A stretch of DNA of 64,000 nucleotides from NCBI GenBank assembly GCA_963777315.1, contig CAVZQC010000004.1, positions 384,001 to 448,000 of the forward strand, given 5' to 3'. Both the position numbers and the translations under genes were made by a program. Shown in pieces: positions 41,926 to 53,318 of this stretch (within the stretch, counting starts at the first letter, position 1; each line of letters begins with the position of its first letter). The notes under the pieces were generated by a model. The model did not search any database. It had not been told where the DNA came from and worked only from the letters and a program-made list of their open reading frames with translations. Source of the stretch: Vulcanimicrobiota bacterium. GTDB taxonomy: Bacteria > Vulcanimicrobiota > Vulcanimicrobiia > Vulcanimicrobiales > Vulcanimicrobiaceae.

Positions 41926-43140
41926 ATGAAGCACGAGACCGTGGCCGGCCTGGACATCGGGACCACGAAGACGTGCGCCATCGTGGCGGCCGACGGTCCG
42001 GGCGGGCTGGAGATCATCGGTTACGGCCAAGCGCCTTCGCTGGGCATGCGTAAGGGCGTCGTCACGGACCTTGACGAGACGATCAAATCGATCGAGGCGG
42101 CTACCGAGAAAGCCGAACGCATGGCGGGCGTACCCATCGAGGACGTCTACGTCGCTATTACGGGCGAACACATCCGCAGCACCAACAATCGCGCCGTCGT
42201 CGCCGTGCAAAGCGAGGATCGCGAGGTGGGCATGAGCGACGTGCGCAGAGTAGTCGACGCCAGCAAGATCATCAATCTCCCCGCGGACCGTCAAATCATC
42301 CACGCGCTCCCGCGCTACTTCACCGTCGACGGACAGGACGGAGTCGAGGATCCGGTCGGCATGGCCGGCGGCCGTTTGGAGGTCGACACGCACATCATCA
42401 CCGGTGGAAGCACGTTCATCACCAACGTGTTGAAATGCGTGCATCGCGCCGGGCTGGAATCCGCCGGTTTGGTCTTCGAACCACTGGCCAGTTCGGCTTC
42501 AACCCTGCTGCCGGAGGAAAAACAGGTCGGTGTCGTGCTCCTCGACATCGGCGGCGGAACGACGGACATCGCGGTATTCAGCGGCGGCGGCGTGATCTAC
42601 AGCTCGACCATCCCCGTCGGCGGCAACATCGTGACCAACGACATTTCGCTGGGACTGAAAACCACGGCCTCCGAAGCCGAGCAGATCAAACGCGCGTTCG
42701 GAACGGGCGCGGCGGCCGCGGACGAGCGAACTTTTCCGGTGAAAACGCTCGACGGGCGCGCGACGAAAGAAGCTTCCACCACGCAGCTGCGCCAAATCGT
42801 CATTCCGCGCGTCGTCGAAACGTTCCGCATGGTCAAGAGCAAGATCGTCGAAAACGTTCCGCGCGATCTCGTGCTCGGCGAAGTCGTCATTACGGGCGGC
42901 GGCGCGCATTTGATCGGCATCGAAGCGACCGCGGAAGAGGTCTTCGGGTTGCCCGTGCGCGCGGGCTTACCGGACTCGGTTGCCGGTTTGACCGATGCGC
43001 TCAAACAACCGGAATTCGCGACGGCGATAGGGTTGGTCGTTTTCGGACCTAACGGCGAACTGGAAAACCACCGCTACGCGCGCCGCGGGATATCGGCGTT
43101 GAACAAGTTTCGATCCTGGCTGAGCGACTTATGGAACTAA
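41926..43140 (+). CDS. ftsA: cell division protein FtsA
   Basis: [24 protein letters not shown] and ITGGGA. Confidence 0.97.
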   Translation: MKHETVAGLDIGTTKTCAIVAADGPGGLEIIGYGQAPSLGMRKGVVTDLDETIKSIEAATEKAERMAGVPIEDVYVAITGEHIRSTNNRAVVAVQSEDREVGMSDVRRVVDASKIINLPADRQIIHALPRYFTVDGQDGVEDPVGMAGGRLEVDTHIITGGSTFITNVLKCVHRAGLESAGLVFEPLASSASTLLPEEKQVGVVLLDIGGGTTDIAVFSGGGVIYSSTIPVGGNIVTNDISLGLKTTASEAEQIKRAFGTGAAAADERTFPVKTLDGRATKEASTTQLRQIVIPRVVETFRMVKSKIVENVPRDLVLGEVVITGGGAHLIGIEATAEEVFGLPVRAGLPDSVAGLTDALKQPEFATAIGLVVFGPNGELENHRYARRGISALNKFRSWLSDLWN

Positions 43141-43184
43141 ACCCCGACCGTCATCCCTCACTTTTTACGGAGGCGACAACTCAA

Positions 43185-44258
43185 ATGGCTGACGCGAAGC
43201 GATACGTCCCGGAACACGCTGCAACGATCAAGGTGATCGGGGTCGGCGGCGGTGGTTGCAATGCGGTCAACCGCATGATCGAGGCCGGCCTGTCCGGCGT
43301 TGAATTTTTTGCGGTGAATTCCGACGTTCAAGCGCTGCGGAACACGCTGACCGAGAACACCATTCAGATCGGAACCAATCTCACGCGCGGCTTGGGCGCA
43401 GGGGCGAATCCGACCGTCGCGCGCGAAGCGGCCGAAGACTCGCGCGAGGATCTCGCGATGGTCATCGAAGGCGCGGACTTGGTGTTCATCACCGCCGGTA
43501 TGGGCGGAGGCACGGGCACGGGCGCCGGACCGGTCATCGCGGACATCGCCCGCGAAACGGGCGCGCTCACTATCGCCGTGGTTACCAAGCCGTTTGCGTT
43601 TGAAGGACGCAAGCGCATGCAAGTCGCCGAAAACGGCATCGCGGAGCTCGAGCAGAAGGTCGACACGCTCATTACGATTCCCAACGAGCGCATTTTGCAA
43701 GTCATCGAAAAGCGCACGCCGCTCAACGAAGCGTTCTCGTACGCCGACGACGTGCTGCGCCAGGGGATTCAAGGCATTTCCGACCTCATAACGCAGCCGG
43801 GGCTGATCAATCTCGATTTTGCGGACGTCAAAACGGTTATGAGCGACGCGGGCAGCGCGATGATGGGCATCGGTGACGGCTCGGGCGAACACCGCGCTGC
43901 CGATGCAGCCCAAAAAGCCATTGCGTCGCCGCTGTTGGAAACGACTATCGAGGGAGCACGCGGCGTCATCTTCAACATCACGGGCGGTCCCGACATGGCG
44001 ATGTACGAGGTCAACGAAGCGGCGGAAATGATTAGCCGCGCGGTCGACAACGACGCCCAAATCATCTTCGGAGCAAGTATCGATCCGACGATGTCCGGGA
44101 AGGTTCGAGTGACCGTGCTGGCCGCCGGCTTCGGCGCTTCGCGCGGTTACGCTCGGTCCGGCAGCACGTTCAATTTCGCAGACAGCAAAATAGATGCAGT
44201 TGCGCCGCTGAACATGGACGATATCGAAGTCCCCGCATTTTTGCGGTATCGAGGCTGA
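43185..44258 (+). CDS. ftsZ: cell division protein FtsZ
   Basis: [17 protein letters not shown] tubulin motif, NLDFAD and C-terminal IEVPAFLR. Confidence 0.98.
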   Translation: MADAKRYVPEHAATIKVIGVGGGGCNAVNRMIEAGLSGVEFFAVNSDVQALRNTLTENTIQIGTNLTRGLGAGANPTVAREAAEDSREDLAMVIEGADLVFITAGMGGGTGTGAGPVIADIARETGALTIAVVTKPFAFEGRKRMQVAENGIAELEQKVDTLITIPNERILQVIEKRTPLNEAFSYADDVLRQGIQGISDLITQPGLINLDFADVKTVMSDAGSAMMGIGDGSGEHRAADAAQKAIASPLLETTIEGARGVIFNITGGPDMAMYEVNEAAEMISRAVDNDAQIIFGASIDPTMSGKVRVTVLAAGFGASRGYARSGSTFNFADSKIDAVAPLNMDDIEVPAFLRYRG

Positions 44259-44306
44259 ACGCTCGCATAATCCGGTCGAACCGCGCGATTCGAGGGTGAG
44301 CGCTCC

Positions 44307-45188
44307 GTGATTTCGTCATGGGCCGTCACGGTATGGGACCTCGTAAAACGCACGTTCGCTCAATGGCAGGCGCATCGTTCCGCGGAACTGGCCTCGTCCT
44401 TGGCGTTTTATGCGGCGCTGGCGCTGGCCGGTTTGGCGCTCGTCGCTACCTACGTTGCGGCAACGGTCGTGGGACGAGGGCCGGCACGGTCGCATGCGAC
44501 AGGCCAAGCCGGGCATATCGCCGGTTCGCACAACGCGCAGGTTCTCGATACGGTCTTGCGCCAGTCGGCCGGGGAGCACGCCGGGTGGGTCGCTCTCGTG
44601 GTGGGCATCGTCGTTTTCCTGGCGGCCGTAACCGGAACTGCGCTGCAACTGCAAAGCTCGCTCAACACGATATGGGACGTCAAGCCGGAGGCGCATAAAC
44701 ACAAGGCCGCGCACGACACGCGGCACCACGTGCCCGAGTTGCTCGGAATCTACGCGCTCACGCTGCTGCTGATCGTCTTATTGTTTGCCGGTGCGACGCT
44801 GCATGCGCTGACCTATCACACGCATCAACTGCCGGCACTGCGCGGAATGGCATACCAGGCGCTCGACGTCGGCGCGAGCATCGTCGTGCTGACGCTGGTC
44901 TTTGCGTGCATGTTCGGATACCTCCCGCCCGTTGAAATTCGATGGAGGGCGGTGTGGATCGGGGCCTTCGTCAGCGCCGTGCTGTACGAGCGCGGACAGT
45001 TTGGGCTGGCGTTCTATCTGGGTCAGATGGATGCGCGCTCGCCGTACGCCGATGCCGGTGCGATCGTTGCGGTGCTCGTCTGGCTGTACTATTCCGCGCA
45101 AGTCGTGTTGATCGGCGCCGATTTCACCAAAGCGCTGCAGGGACGCTCCGAGAGCCGGCGTGAGAAGCGGAACGCCGCTTCGCAATAG
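44307..45188 (+). CDS. YihY/BrkB family membrane protein
   Basis: ASSLAFY, LNTIW and [15 protein letters not shown]. Confidence 0.9.
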   Translation: MISSWAVTVWDLVKRTFAQWQAHRSAELASSLAFYAALALAGLALVATYVAATVVGRGPARSHATGQAGHIAGSHNAQVLDTVLRQSAGEHAGWVALVVGIVVFLAAVTGTALQLQSSLNTIWDVKPEAHKHKAAHDTRHHVPELLGIYALTLLLIVLLFAGATLHALTYHTHQLPALRGMAYQALDVGASIVVLTLVFACMFGYLPPVEIRWRAVWIGAFVSAVLYERGQFGLAFYLGQMDARSPYADAGAIVAVLVWLYYSAQVVLIGADFTKALQGRSESRREKRNAASQ

Positions 45189-45202
45189 CGTACCCATCGC
45201 AC

Positions 45203-46552
45203 ATGAAGGTTCGGATTCTGACCGCGGCGTTGACGGCGGTCATTGTTTGCGGCATACGTCCCGACGTCGCCGCAGCCAAACCGATCAACTTGCGTCAGCG
45301 CGCCGAGAGCGATTATTTGGATAACTTGCGCGCGCACATAAAGCACGTCGTCATCGTCATTCAGGAAAACCGCTCTTTCGATAACTTTTTCAAAGGCTTT
45401 CCCGGGGCCGACTCCGCGGACACGGGCATGACCGGACGAGGACCGGTCGCGCTGCATCCGGTCGATTTGGATCTTCCGGTGGACGTCGATCATCAGCACA
45501 AGGCGTTCGTGCTGGAATACAACCACGGCAAGATGGACGGATGGGATCGCGTCGACACGCTGCCCAAGCAGAATCCCGATTTTCCCTACGCATATGTGCC
45601 GCACGAACAAATTGAGCCGTACTGGGAGATGGCGCGGCAGTATACGCTGGGGGACAGAATGTTCCAATCGAATACCGGTCCCTCGTTCCCGGCGCATTTG
45701 TACCTCATCGCCGGGCAGTCGGACTTTACGGCCAACAATCCCAACCACATGGAAACGACGCGCTTTGCATGGGGCTGCGATTCGCCGCTCAACGCCCGCG
45801 TGTCGGTGATCGATCCCGACGGACAAGAGGTCGGAGGCCCGTACCCGTGCTTGAATTTTCCGACCCTGGCGGACACTTCGCTGCCCCAAGGAGTGACGTG
45901 GCGCTACTACGCGCCCGGCCTTGACGACCTGGGCAATATTTGGTCGGCATTCGATGCGATCCGGCACATTCGGTATTCGCCGTACTGGGGCAACGTGATT
46001 TCACCCGAAACGCGAGTGCTCAAAGACGCGCGGCGCGGCGATCTGCCGAACATCACGTGGGTCGCTCCGTCTGCGCAGAATTCGGATCACGCGTTCCCAA
46101 AACAGAACACCGGGCGCGATATTTCAGTGCAGGGCGCATACGGCCCGCAGTGGGTCGCCTCTGTCGTGAATTCGATCGGACACGGTCCGCTGTGGAATTC
46201 GACCGTGATATTCGTCATCTGGGACGACTGGGGCGGTTGGTACGATCACGTCGCGCCTCCGCAGCTGGACCGCATGGGGTTGGGAATGCGCGTGCCGTTC
46301 ATCGTGATCTCGCCGTGGGCAAAACGGCATTACGTCTCGCACGTTCAGCACGAGTTCGGAAGCCTGCTCAAGTTCACCGAACTGACCTTCGGATTGCCTT
46401 CCCTGCACACGACCGACGATCGTTCCGATGCATTGCGCGACTGTTTCGACTTTTCGCAGCGCGTCGAGCCGTTTCGTGAAATCCGCGCGATGCGTCAATC
46501 GGCTTTTTTCGAAGATTCGCCCGTCGACGAGGCGCCGGACAGTGATTATTGA
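45203..46552 (+). CDS. secreted phosphoesterase / phospholipase C family protein
   Basis: [27 protein letters not shown] and [12 protein letters not shown]. Confidence 0.9.
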   Translation: MKVRILTAALTAVIVCGIRPDVAAAKPINLRQRAESDYLDNLRAHIKHVVIVIQENRSFDNFFKGFPGADSADTGMTGRGPVALHPVDLDLPVDVDHQHKAFVLEYNHGKMDGWDRVDTLPKQNPDFPYAYVPHEQIEPYWEMARQYTLGDRMFQSNTGPSFPAHLYLIAGQSDFTANNPNHMETTRFAWGCDSPLNARVSVIDPDGQEVGGPYPCLNFPTLADTSLPQGVTWRYYAPGLDDLGNIWSAFDAIRHIRYSPYWGNVISPETRVLKDARRGDLPNITWVAPSAQNSDHAFPKQNTGRDISVQGAYGPQWVASVVNSIGHGPLWNSTVIFVIWDDWGGWYDHVAPPQLDRMGLGMRVPFIVISPWAKRHYVSHVQHEFGSLLKFTELTFGLPSLHTTDDRSDALRDCFDFSQRVEPFREIRAMRQSAFFEDSPVDEAPDSDY

Positions 46553-46571
46553 GCACGGGCGGACCGTATAA

Positions 46572-47836
46572 CTACCGATCGTGCGCGGCGCGAATGGCGG
46601 CCAAAGGAACCGCGAACAGCGTTCCGCCCCGACTGCCGACGATCAGCGTTTGGCCGGCGACGAGCGGCGAGCCTACGTTGAAGGGCGCGCGCATGTTCTT
46701 TCTGCCGATGACGCGGCCATCGGACGCGCGCACCGCCCATAAGTATCCGCCCAGGTCTGCGAAATAGAGCGTCCCGCCGACTTCGGCGATACCGCCCTTT
46801 ATTGCACCGCGCGCAGTCATTCGCCACTCGATCTCTCCGGTTGCGGCGCTCAGGGCATGCATCGTGGGCGCAAGCGAACTTCCGACGTACAGCGTATTGC
46901 CGTACACGAGCGGAATCGCGGCTTCATTGCGCTTGGGCAGAATGCCGGCGTCCAACGCAACGTCCCAGAGCTTTTTCCGGTTCGGACGTCCAGAGCAAAC
47001 GCGCGAAGCTGCGCGGCGCGCTCGGTCTGAACGGGCGTCGCGGAACTGGGCGGCATGACGTAATCGCAGTAGATGCGCACGCCGTCGGTTGCGCTCGGAC
47101 AGTCTCCCAGGCCGGATGCAACGGGCGAGAACAGCGAACGCCAGATCGGAGTTCCGTCTTTCGCGCGCAAAGCCCACACGGCATTTGTATCCACGCCCGA
47201 CGTCACGAACGCATTTGCGCCAATCGGTAATGCCGCGGCCATTGAGGCGATGGAGTGCAAGTTGCGTTCGTAGACGGTGCGCCCGGAAGCAGGATCGACC
47301 CCGAAAATCGTGCCCGAACCGTTATGGTGCACCAGCGTTCCATCGACCACCGCGGGGGTGGGCATGCCGGTTCCCGGCAGATCCTTGCGCCATATCAGCG
47401 CACCGGTTTGAGCGCTGAGTCCGATCAGCGCATTCGGCGGTGCGCCCACGCGAATCGGATGCGAGGGCGAAGCATTGCCGGGACTGTTTTCGTTGCCTTC
47501 ACCGGCGACTACGACGCCGCCGTACACGATCGGCGCGGACATCAATGGATTCGCAACGCGGTAGGTCCAGCGAACTTTGCCGTCGCTCGGATCGATCGCA
47601 AACAACTGACCGGCATTGTTGCCGGCGTAGAGGGTGCCGTCCACCAAGGTGGGACTCGACGAAAAACCGCCCGCCGTCGCAATGCGCCACGACGCTGAAA
47701 GCGTGCCGCGCAGCACGGCGTTGTTGGTGCCGCGCAAGCGAAACTGCGTCCACTGCGACGGGCTTTCTACCGGGGCTTCCGAAGCCATCGCGCAGTGGGC
47801 AAGCAAGCACGCGGTCCAGAGCAGCGGCAAGCGCAT
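46572..47836 (-). CDS. secreted PQQ-like beta-propeller repeat protein (apparent frameshift near 46975)
   Basis: Repeated G..(L/V).W blades continue across ORFs 46850..47869 and 46572..47177; the shift falls in an A-run. Confidence 0.8.
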
Positions 47837-47890
47837 ACCAAATCGGCGCACGTGCGGTGTTGTACCCAAGCGCGCTGGGCGGCTCGCCGA

Positions 47891-48507
47891 CTAAGTCACA
47901 AGAGAGATGTTCCCGAGAACGGCAATCAGCGCGCAGAGCCACGCTCCCCCAAAAAGCGTTCCGCCTGCCACGTCGCTCAGATAGTGCGCGCCCAGGGCAA
48001 GCCGCGACCAATCCACGCCAACGGCCCAAAGCGCTAAAGCGATCGCAACCGGCCATTTCAATTCGCCGGGCAAGCCGCTCGAAGCAGCCACCACGGCCCA
48101 GCCCAGAAACGACACGACGGCAGTTGCAGCGTGGCCGCTGGGATACGAATGGCCCGCATCCAGCCCGATAAGCCAGTAGTCCGGCCGCACCCGTCTGAAC
48201 AGCAGCTTGAACGATTCGACGATGATTTGTGAAACGAACTGGGATGCTGCGAGCACGAGCGGAATCCAAAGCGGCAAGTGCCCGGCGGCGTAGATCGCAA
48301 TTGCCGCCACGTATCCGGCGATAAGCGCCTTGGAGCGGCCGGTTTTCGTCAACAGCAGCGCCAGCGCCGTACCTTGCGATCGAAAGTACACGGCGCGCGC
48401 GTCGAGCGAACGCAGCGGTCTGCGCGACACCGCCCACCCCAAGGCTAGGAACGCCGCGAACAGCACCGACGCGCACGCCCAAAAGCTTCTTGGGTGTGTT
48501 CGCTCAT
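47891..48507 (-). CDS. PAP2 family phosphatase (5' end probably frameshifted)
   Basis: K....RVRP, SYPSGHA and SRLALGAHYLSDV; the ATG overlapping the upstream stop is out of frame. Confidence 0.87.
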
Positions 48508-49388
48508 TCGTTGAAATCTTGCGGCACCAGCACGTGCAACGCGCCCGGCGAAATGCGAAACCGTGCGGTGGTGGTCCCAAGCGCGTGGCCGTCGATGTTG
48601 AGCGGCTGCTTCGGTTGCGTTTTGACGACGAGCTTGCGTGCCGAAAAATAATGCGAATTCTGCATCTGGGTCTGGTCGCCGCGCAGCAGTGCGGCATTCG
48701 TCGCAATAACGTCCGCTGCCGACGTGCCTGCAGCAGCGAAGAACGTCAGATTGCCGCTGCGAATGCTCGCCTGCGGCGTGAGGGGCTGCCAGCCGTAATA
48801 CCGTCCGCACACGACGATCGCTTGGTGCGTGACGATCCGCAGATCGTTCCCGGGCCACTTTACGCGCAGCGCAAAGGGCTTTCGGCGAAGGATCGGCGCG
48901 ATGGCCGCAACGCCGTATGCGATCGGACCGATGACTTTTTTCAGCGGCTTGGGAGTGCGATTCGCGGCTTCGGCGATGAGCCCTATGGTAGCGAAATTGG
49001 CAAAATACGTGCCGTTTACTCGCCCGACGTCCACGCGGATGCATTTGCCGGCAGCGATCGTTTCGATCGCTTGATCGACGTCGGCCTTGATGCCCAAACT
49101 CAATGCGAAGCTGTTTCCCGTCCCGGAAGGCACGACTGCCAACACGGAATTCGTGTGCGCTAATTCGGCGACGGCTGCAGTCTGGGTGCCGTCGCCGCCG
49201 ATCACGACGATGAGTTTCCTCCCGGACTCCACCGCCTGCCTGATCCGTTTCTTCAGCTCGCGCCGCCGCCGGACCATGTGTGCCTCGGTTATGGCAATGC
49301 CGCGTTTGGGCAGCTCGTCGTGTAGGCGTTGGTAGTATGCCGGACCGTGTCGCGAGGTAAGCCGGCAAATGACGATTGCTTCCTGCAT
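48504..49388 (-). CDS. diacylglycerol kinase family (YegS-like) lipid kinase
   Basis: GGDGT, PSGTGNSFA and NIDG. Confidence 0.9.
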   Translation of the reverse strand: MQEAIVICRLTSRHGPAYYQRLHDELPKRGIAITEAHMVRRRRELKKRIRQAVESGRKLIVVIGGDGTQTAAVAELAHTNSVLAVVPSGTGNSFALSLGIKADVDQAIETIAAGKCIRVDVGRVNGTYFANFATIGLIAEAANRTPKPLKKVIGPIAYGVAAIAPILRRKPFALRVKWPGNDLRIVTHQAIVVCGRYYGWQPLTPQASIRSGNLTFFAAAGTSAADVIATNAALLRGDQTQMQNSHYFSARKLVVKTQPKQPLNIDGHALGTTTARFRISPGALHVLVPQDFNE

Positions 49389-49541
49389 ATTCGATTATGC
49401 CCTCTCTGCGGCAAAATGCGGCCATTAAGAATTGGTATTTCCAAATTGTTTCTGAACTATTGACACGGTGTGATAAATCTGTACTACGGGCTTACGGAAG
49501 AGCCCAATTGCATTTTGCCGTCTGCCGTGGGGAGAACGCGC

Positions 49542-51020
49542 GTGACTGCGACAAACAATGCAACGGACCGTGACGTGGACGTTGCGCACATCGACTTAGA
49601 AGCCGATGCTATTCGTCGTATCCCGCGAGCCATGGCGGTGCGGCACGACATCCTGTGTCTGCACAGCGACGGAAGTCGCATTACGGTAGCACTGGCGGAT
49701 CCGGGGGATCGCGACACGATCGATCGCATTCGGCTGGTGACCGGAATGCACGTTCGCGCCGTTCACGCGCGCCGCGATGCGATACGCGCGCGGCTCGCCG
49801 AGATTTATTCGGACCGCGGCACGCGTGCCGGCAGTCTGCACGAGCACGACGCAGACGAAGCGCCTGCGGTTCGCGAGCTCGACGACATGCATGCGATGGC
49901 CGTGGACTGTTGCGCGTCGGACATCCACATCGAGCCCCAACGCAACGGCGGGCGCGTCCGCGTGCGAGTCGACGGGATCCTGTGGGAAAGCGCGGCGTTG
50001 ACGGCAGACCTGTACGGCCAAGTCGTTTCACGCGTGAAACTGCTGGCCGGAATGGACATCGCCGATCGCCGTGCGCCGCAGGATGGCCGCTATGCCATCG
50101 AACTGCGCGGCCGGTCGATCGACGCGCGCGCAAGCTCGATGCCTACGATACTGGGCGAAAAAATCGTTATCCGCCTACTCGACCACCAGACCCACGTTCC
50201 GAGTTTGGAAGACTTGGGCATGCCGGCCGCCCAGCTGGAGCGTTTTCGGCGCACGGTACGGGCGCCGCATGGTTTCGTGGTCGTATGCGGCCCTACCGGC
50301 AGTGGAAAGACCACCACGCTGTATGCGGCCATGTCGGAACGCAACGTCGATTCACAAAATCTTTGCAGCGTCGAGGATCCGGTGGAAGTCCGAATGCCCG
50401 GCGTAGCTCAAGTGCAGATCAACGAACGGGCGGGCGTTACGTTCGCCGCTGCGCTGCGCGCGTTCGTGCGCCAGGATCCGAACGTGATCATGGTCGGAGA
50501 AATGCGCGACGAAGAGACCGCGGCAGTTGCCGCGTCCGCGTCGCTGAGCGGGCAGCTGGTGGTGACGACGCTCCACGCCAACGATGCGCCCAAAACGGTG
50601 GACCGGCTGGTGGAGCTGGGCGTCTCCAGACATACGATTGCCGCCGGTCTGTCGGCGGTGGTGTCTCAGCGTCTGGTTCGGCGTTTGTGCGCGCACTGCC
50701 GCATACCGGTGCAGACGCGCGGCGCTTTGGCAAAGGAATTCGGCTTGCCGGAAGGCTTGCGCGCATATGCGGCGGGAGAGTGCGCCAAGTGCCGCGGCAC
50801 GGGATACGCCGGGCGAACCGCAATCTTCGAGTGGCTTTTCATCGACGACGCGATGCGCGCACTCATTGCGGAGGGGGGTTCGAGCGTCGCGCTAAGGGAG
50901 CTCGCCGTCGCGCGCGGCTACGAGCCTATGGTTGCGGACGCCGTACGGCGAGTGCTCCTGGGTGAAACGAGTTTCGAGGAAGTGCGTCGAGTGCTTCACG
51001 TCGTCGAGAAAGCATCATGA
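49542..51020 (+). CDS. pilB: type IV pilus assembly ATPase (GspE/PilB family)
   Basis: ASDIHIEP, PQDGR, GPTGSGKTT, EDPVE, RQDPNVIMVGEMRD, TTLH and a tetracysteine Zn site. Confidence 0.93.
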   Translation: MTATNNATDRDVDVAHIDLEADAIRRIPRAMAVRHDILCLHSDGSRITVALADPGDRDTIDRIRLVTGMHVRAVHARRDAIRARLAEIYSDRGTRAGSLHEHDADEAPAVRELDDMHAMAVDCCASDIHIEPQRNGGRVRVRVDGILWESAALTADLYGQVVSRVKLLAGMDIADRRAPQDGRYAIELRGRSIDARASSMPTILGEKIVIRLLDHQTHVPSLEDLGMPAAQLERFRRTVRAPHGFVVVCGPTGSGKTTTLYAAMSERNVDSQNLCSVEDPVEVRMPGVAQVQINERAGVTFAAALRAFVRQDPNVIMVGEMRDEETAAVAASASLSGQLVVTTLHANDAPKTVDRLVELGVSRHTIAAGLSAVVSQRLVRRLCAHCRIPVQTRGALAKEFGLPEGLRAYAAGECAKCRGTGYAGRTAIFEWLFIDDAMRALIAEGGSSVALRELAVARGYEPMVADAVRRVLLGETSFEEVRRVLHVVEKAS

Positions 51021-52099
51021 GCGCAGCGTTGGCGCCGGTTCGTTTGATCGAAGTGCTCCACGTCGCTCGGATGCGCAACGCTTCGGACCTCCATCTGGTT
51101 GCCGGTTCGCCCCCGATCATGCGAATCGATGGAGCGCTGGAGGTACAATCCGCTCCGGCATCCGACTCGGATGAAATTGCAGGCATTGCGCGCGAGCTGC
51201 TCGGCCGCGCCGCGCTCGAACGGTTTGACGAAAAAGGTGACGTAAGCCTGACGTACCGCGACGAAGAGATCGGAAGCGTACGCGTGCATGCGTACCGCAC
51301 GTCGAGCGGCGTTTGCTTGGCGATGCGGCTGCTCGCGCGCTCGGTGCCCGCGCTCGAAGACCTTCACTTGCCGCCCGTCGTCGCTTCCTTTGCCGAGCGA
51401 AGCGCGGGCTTGGTGATCTTCGCCGGGCCCACCGGCTGCGGGAAATCGACTGCGCTCGCCGCCGTGGTCGAGCGCATCAACCGCACTGCGTCCAAGCACA
51501 TCATTGCAATAGAAGATCCAATCGAGTATCAGCACCGAGCCAACCGGTGCATCGTCAGCCAGCGCGAGGTAGGCAGCGACGTGCGTTCGTTTGCCGAGGC
51601 GGTCTATGGAGCGCTGCGCTGCGATCCGGACGTCATCCTGATTGGGGAAATGCGCGAACCGGCAACCATGCACGCCGCGCTCACCGCGGCGGAGACCGGG
51701 CATTTGGTGCTGGCCACGCTGCATACCGGCGATGCTCCGCAAACGGTGGACCGGATCGTCGGCGCGTTTTCAGGGGAAATGCAGGAGCAGATACGCATCC
51801 AACTTGCACAGACGCTGATTGGCGTGGTCTGCATGCGATTGGTGCGGCGGGCTTGCGGGCGGGGGCGCCGGCCCGCAGCTGAAATCCTGGTCGGCAACGA
51901 CGCCGTGCGCAACGTCATTCGCGACTCGAAAACCCACCAGCTGCGCAACATCATGTCGACTTCCCGTCAGTCCGGGATGCAAACGCTTGAAACCCATCTG
52001 TCGGACCTGCTGGCGCATCGAGAAATCGCCTTCGCCGCCGCCAAAGGCGTTGCCGAACGTCTAAGCGATTTACGCCTGCCCGAACCAAACCAGGCCTGA
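51017..52099 (+). CDS. pilT: type IV pilus retraction ATPase
   Basis: ASDLHL, GPTGCGKST, EDPIE, AAETGHLVLATLH, AVRNVIRD (AIRNLIRE-like) and GMQT. Confidence 0.93.
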   Translation: MSAALAPVRLIEVLHVARMRNASDLHLVAGSPPIMRIDGALEVQSAPASDSDEIAGIARELLGRAALERFDEKGDVSLTYRDEEIGSVRVHAYRTSSGVCLAMRLLARSVPALEDLHLPPVVASFAERSAGLVIFAGPTGCGKSTALAAVVERINRTASKHIIAIEDPIEYQHRANRCIVSQREVGSDVRSFAEAVYGALRCDPDVILIGEMREPATMHAALTAAETGHLVLATLHTGDAPQTVDRIVGAFSGEMQEQIRIQLAQTLIGVVCMRLVRRACGRGRRPAAEILVGNDAVRNVIRDSKTHQLRNIMSTSRQSGMQTLETHLSDLLAHREIAFAAAKGVAERLSDLRLPEPNQA

Positions 52100-52100
52100 G

Positions 52101-53318
52101 ATGTCTTTGCTGTACTATTACACCGCCCGCAACGCGGACGGCGCGCTCGTGCGCGGCTCGGTGGAGGCTTCTAGCGAAAACGCCGCTCTGTCGAGCCTGC
52201 GTACGCGTTCGTTATTCGTCACCTCGCTCGAAGGCGAAGGGACCGCTCGCGGTGCACTGCTTGCGGCCTTTTCTCTGGGCTCGGTATCGCAAAAGAGCCT
52301 GGTTGCGTTTTTTCGATCGTTCGCGACGCTGATCGCCGCAGGCGTTCCCATGCGACGCTCGCTGGAAGTGACGATCGAGCAGTGCGCGCACGGGCGAATG
52401 CGGGAAGCGCTATCGTGTATCGTCAACGATATAGAGAATGGGCTCGCGCTCAGTGAAGCGATGGCTCGCCATCCAAAAGAGTTCGGCCGCGTTTTCGTCG
52501 CGACCGTCAAGGCCGGCGAACTGGGCGGAGCGCTGGACGAAGTTCTGGAGCGGCTTGCCAACGTCGTCGAACGGGATCGCGCTTTGCGTAAGCGCGTGGC
52601 TGCCGCGCTGGCGTATCCTGCGGCCGTAGCGTCGGCGGCACTGGCGTTAATCGCGTTTCTGCTCGTCTCGGTCGTTCCCATGTTCCGCTCGATGTACGAT
52701 CAGATGCACGTTCCGCTGCCCTGGATTACGGCCGATTTGCTCGCGTTCGCGTCGGCGCTGAAATCGCCGCTCGTGTGGCTGGCCGGTGCGGCCGCCGTCG
52801 TCGTGCCGTGCGCGATTGCGTTGCGGCTGCGCGGCGGTAAAGGCGCGACGGCAATGGAAGGCGCGCTCGAGCGTCTGCCGATCGTTGGCCCTATTCTGCG
52901 AAAGTCGACGATAAGCCGCATGTCGCGCATGCTCGGGACGCTGCTTGAATCCGGTGTGGGGCTGGTTTCCGCGCTGGACGTCGCGGCCGACGCCGTCACG
53001 GGTGCTGCATACCGCGAAAGTTTGCTCGCACTGCGCCAAGCACTCGCGGAAGGCTCCTCAATCTCCCAGCCGCTGGCTTCGAGCCGGCTGTACGAGCCGC
53101 TGTTCATTCAAATGATTCGCGTCGGTGAAGAAACCGGCGCCCTGGACGCAATGCTGCTGCGCGTCGCGGATTATTACGATCTCGACGTGGAGACGGCGCT
53201 TGCGGCGCTGGGATCGCTGCTCGAGCCGGCAATGATATTGCTGCTCGGAGGCGCGGTCGGTTTCATCGTAGCCGCTATTTTCATTCCGCTCTACACGCTT
53301 ATCGGAAACATCAGATGA
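52101..53318 (+). CDS. pilC: type IV pilus platform protein (GspF/PilC family)
   Basis: GELGGALDEVLERLA, ALAYP, VGEETGALD and LLEP. Confidence 0.93.
   Translation: MSLLYYYTARNADGALVRGSVEASSENAALSSLRTRSLFVTSLEGEGTARGALLAAFSLGSVSQKSLVAFFRSFATLIAAGVPMRRSLEVTIEQCAHGRMREALSCIVNDIENGLALSEAMARHPKEFGRVFVATVKAGELGGALDEVLERLANVVERDRALRKRVAAALAYPAAVASAALALIAFLLVSVVPMFRSMYDQMHVPLPWITADLLAFASALKSPLVWLAGAAAVVVPCAIALRLRGGKGATAMEGALERLPIVGPILRKSTISRMSRMLGTLLESGVGLVSALDVAADAVTGAAYRESLLALRQALAEGSSISQPLASSRLYEPLFIQMIRVGEETGALDAMLLRVADYYDLDVETALAALGSLLEPAMILLLGGAVGFIVAAIFIPLYTLIGNIR

Noticed and set aside
41551..42017. Long N-terminal extensions of ftsA and the MCP overlapping head to head
   Set aside because: Family-typical sequence starts at 41926 and 41696; the extensions are open frames without homology cues.
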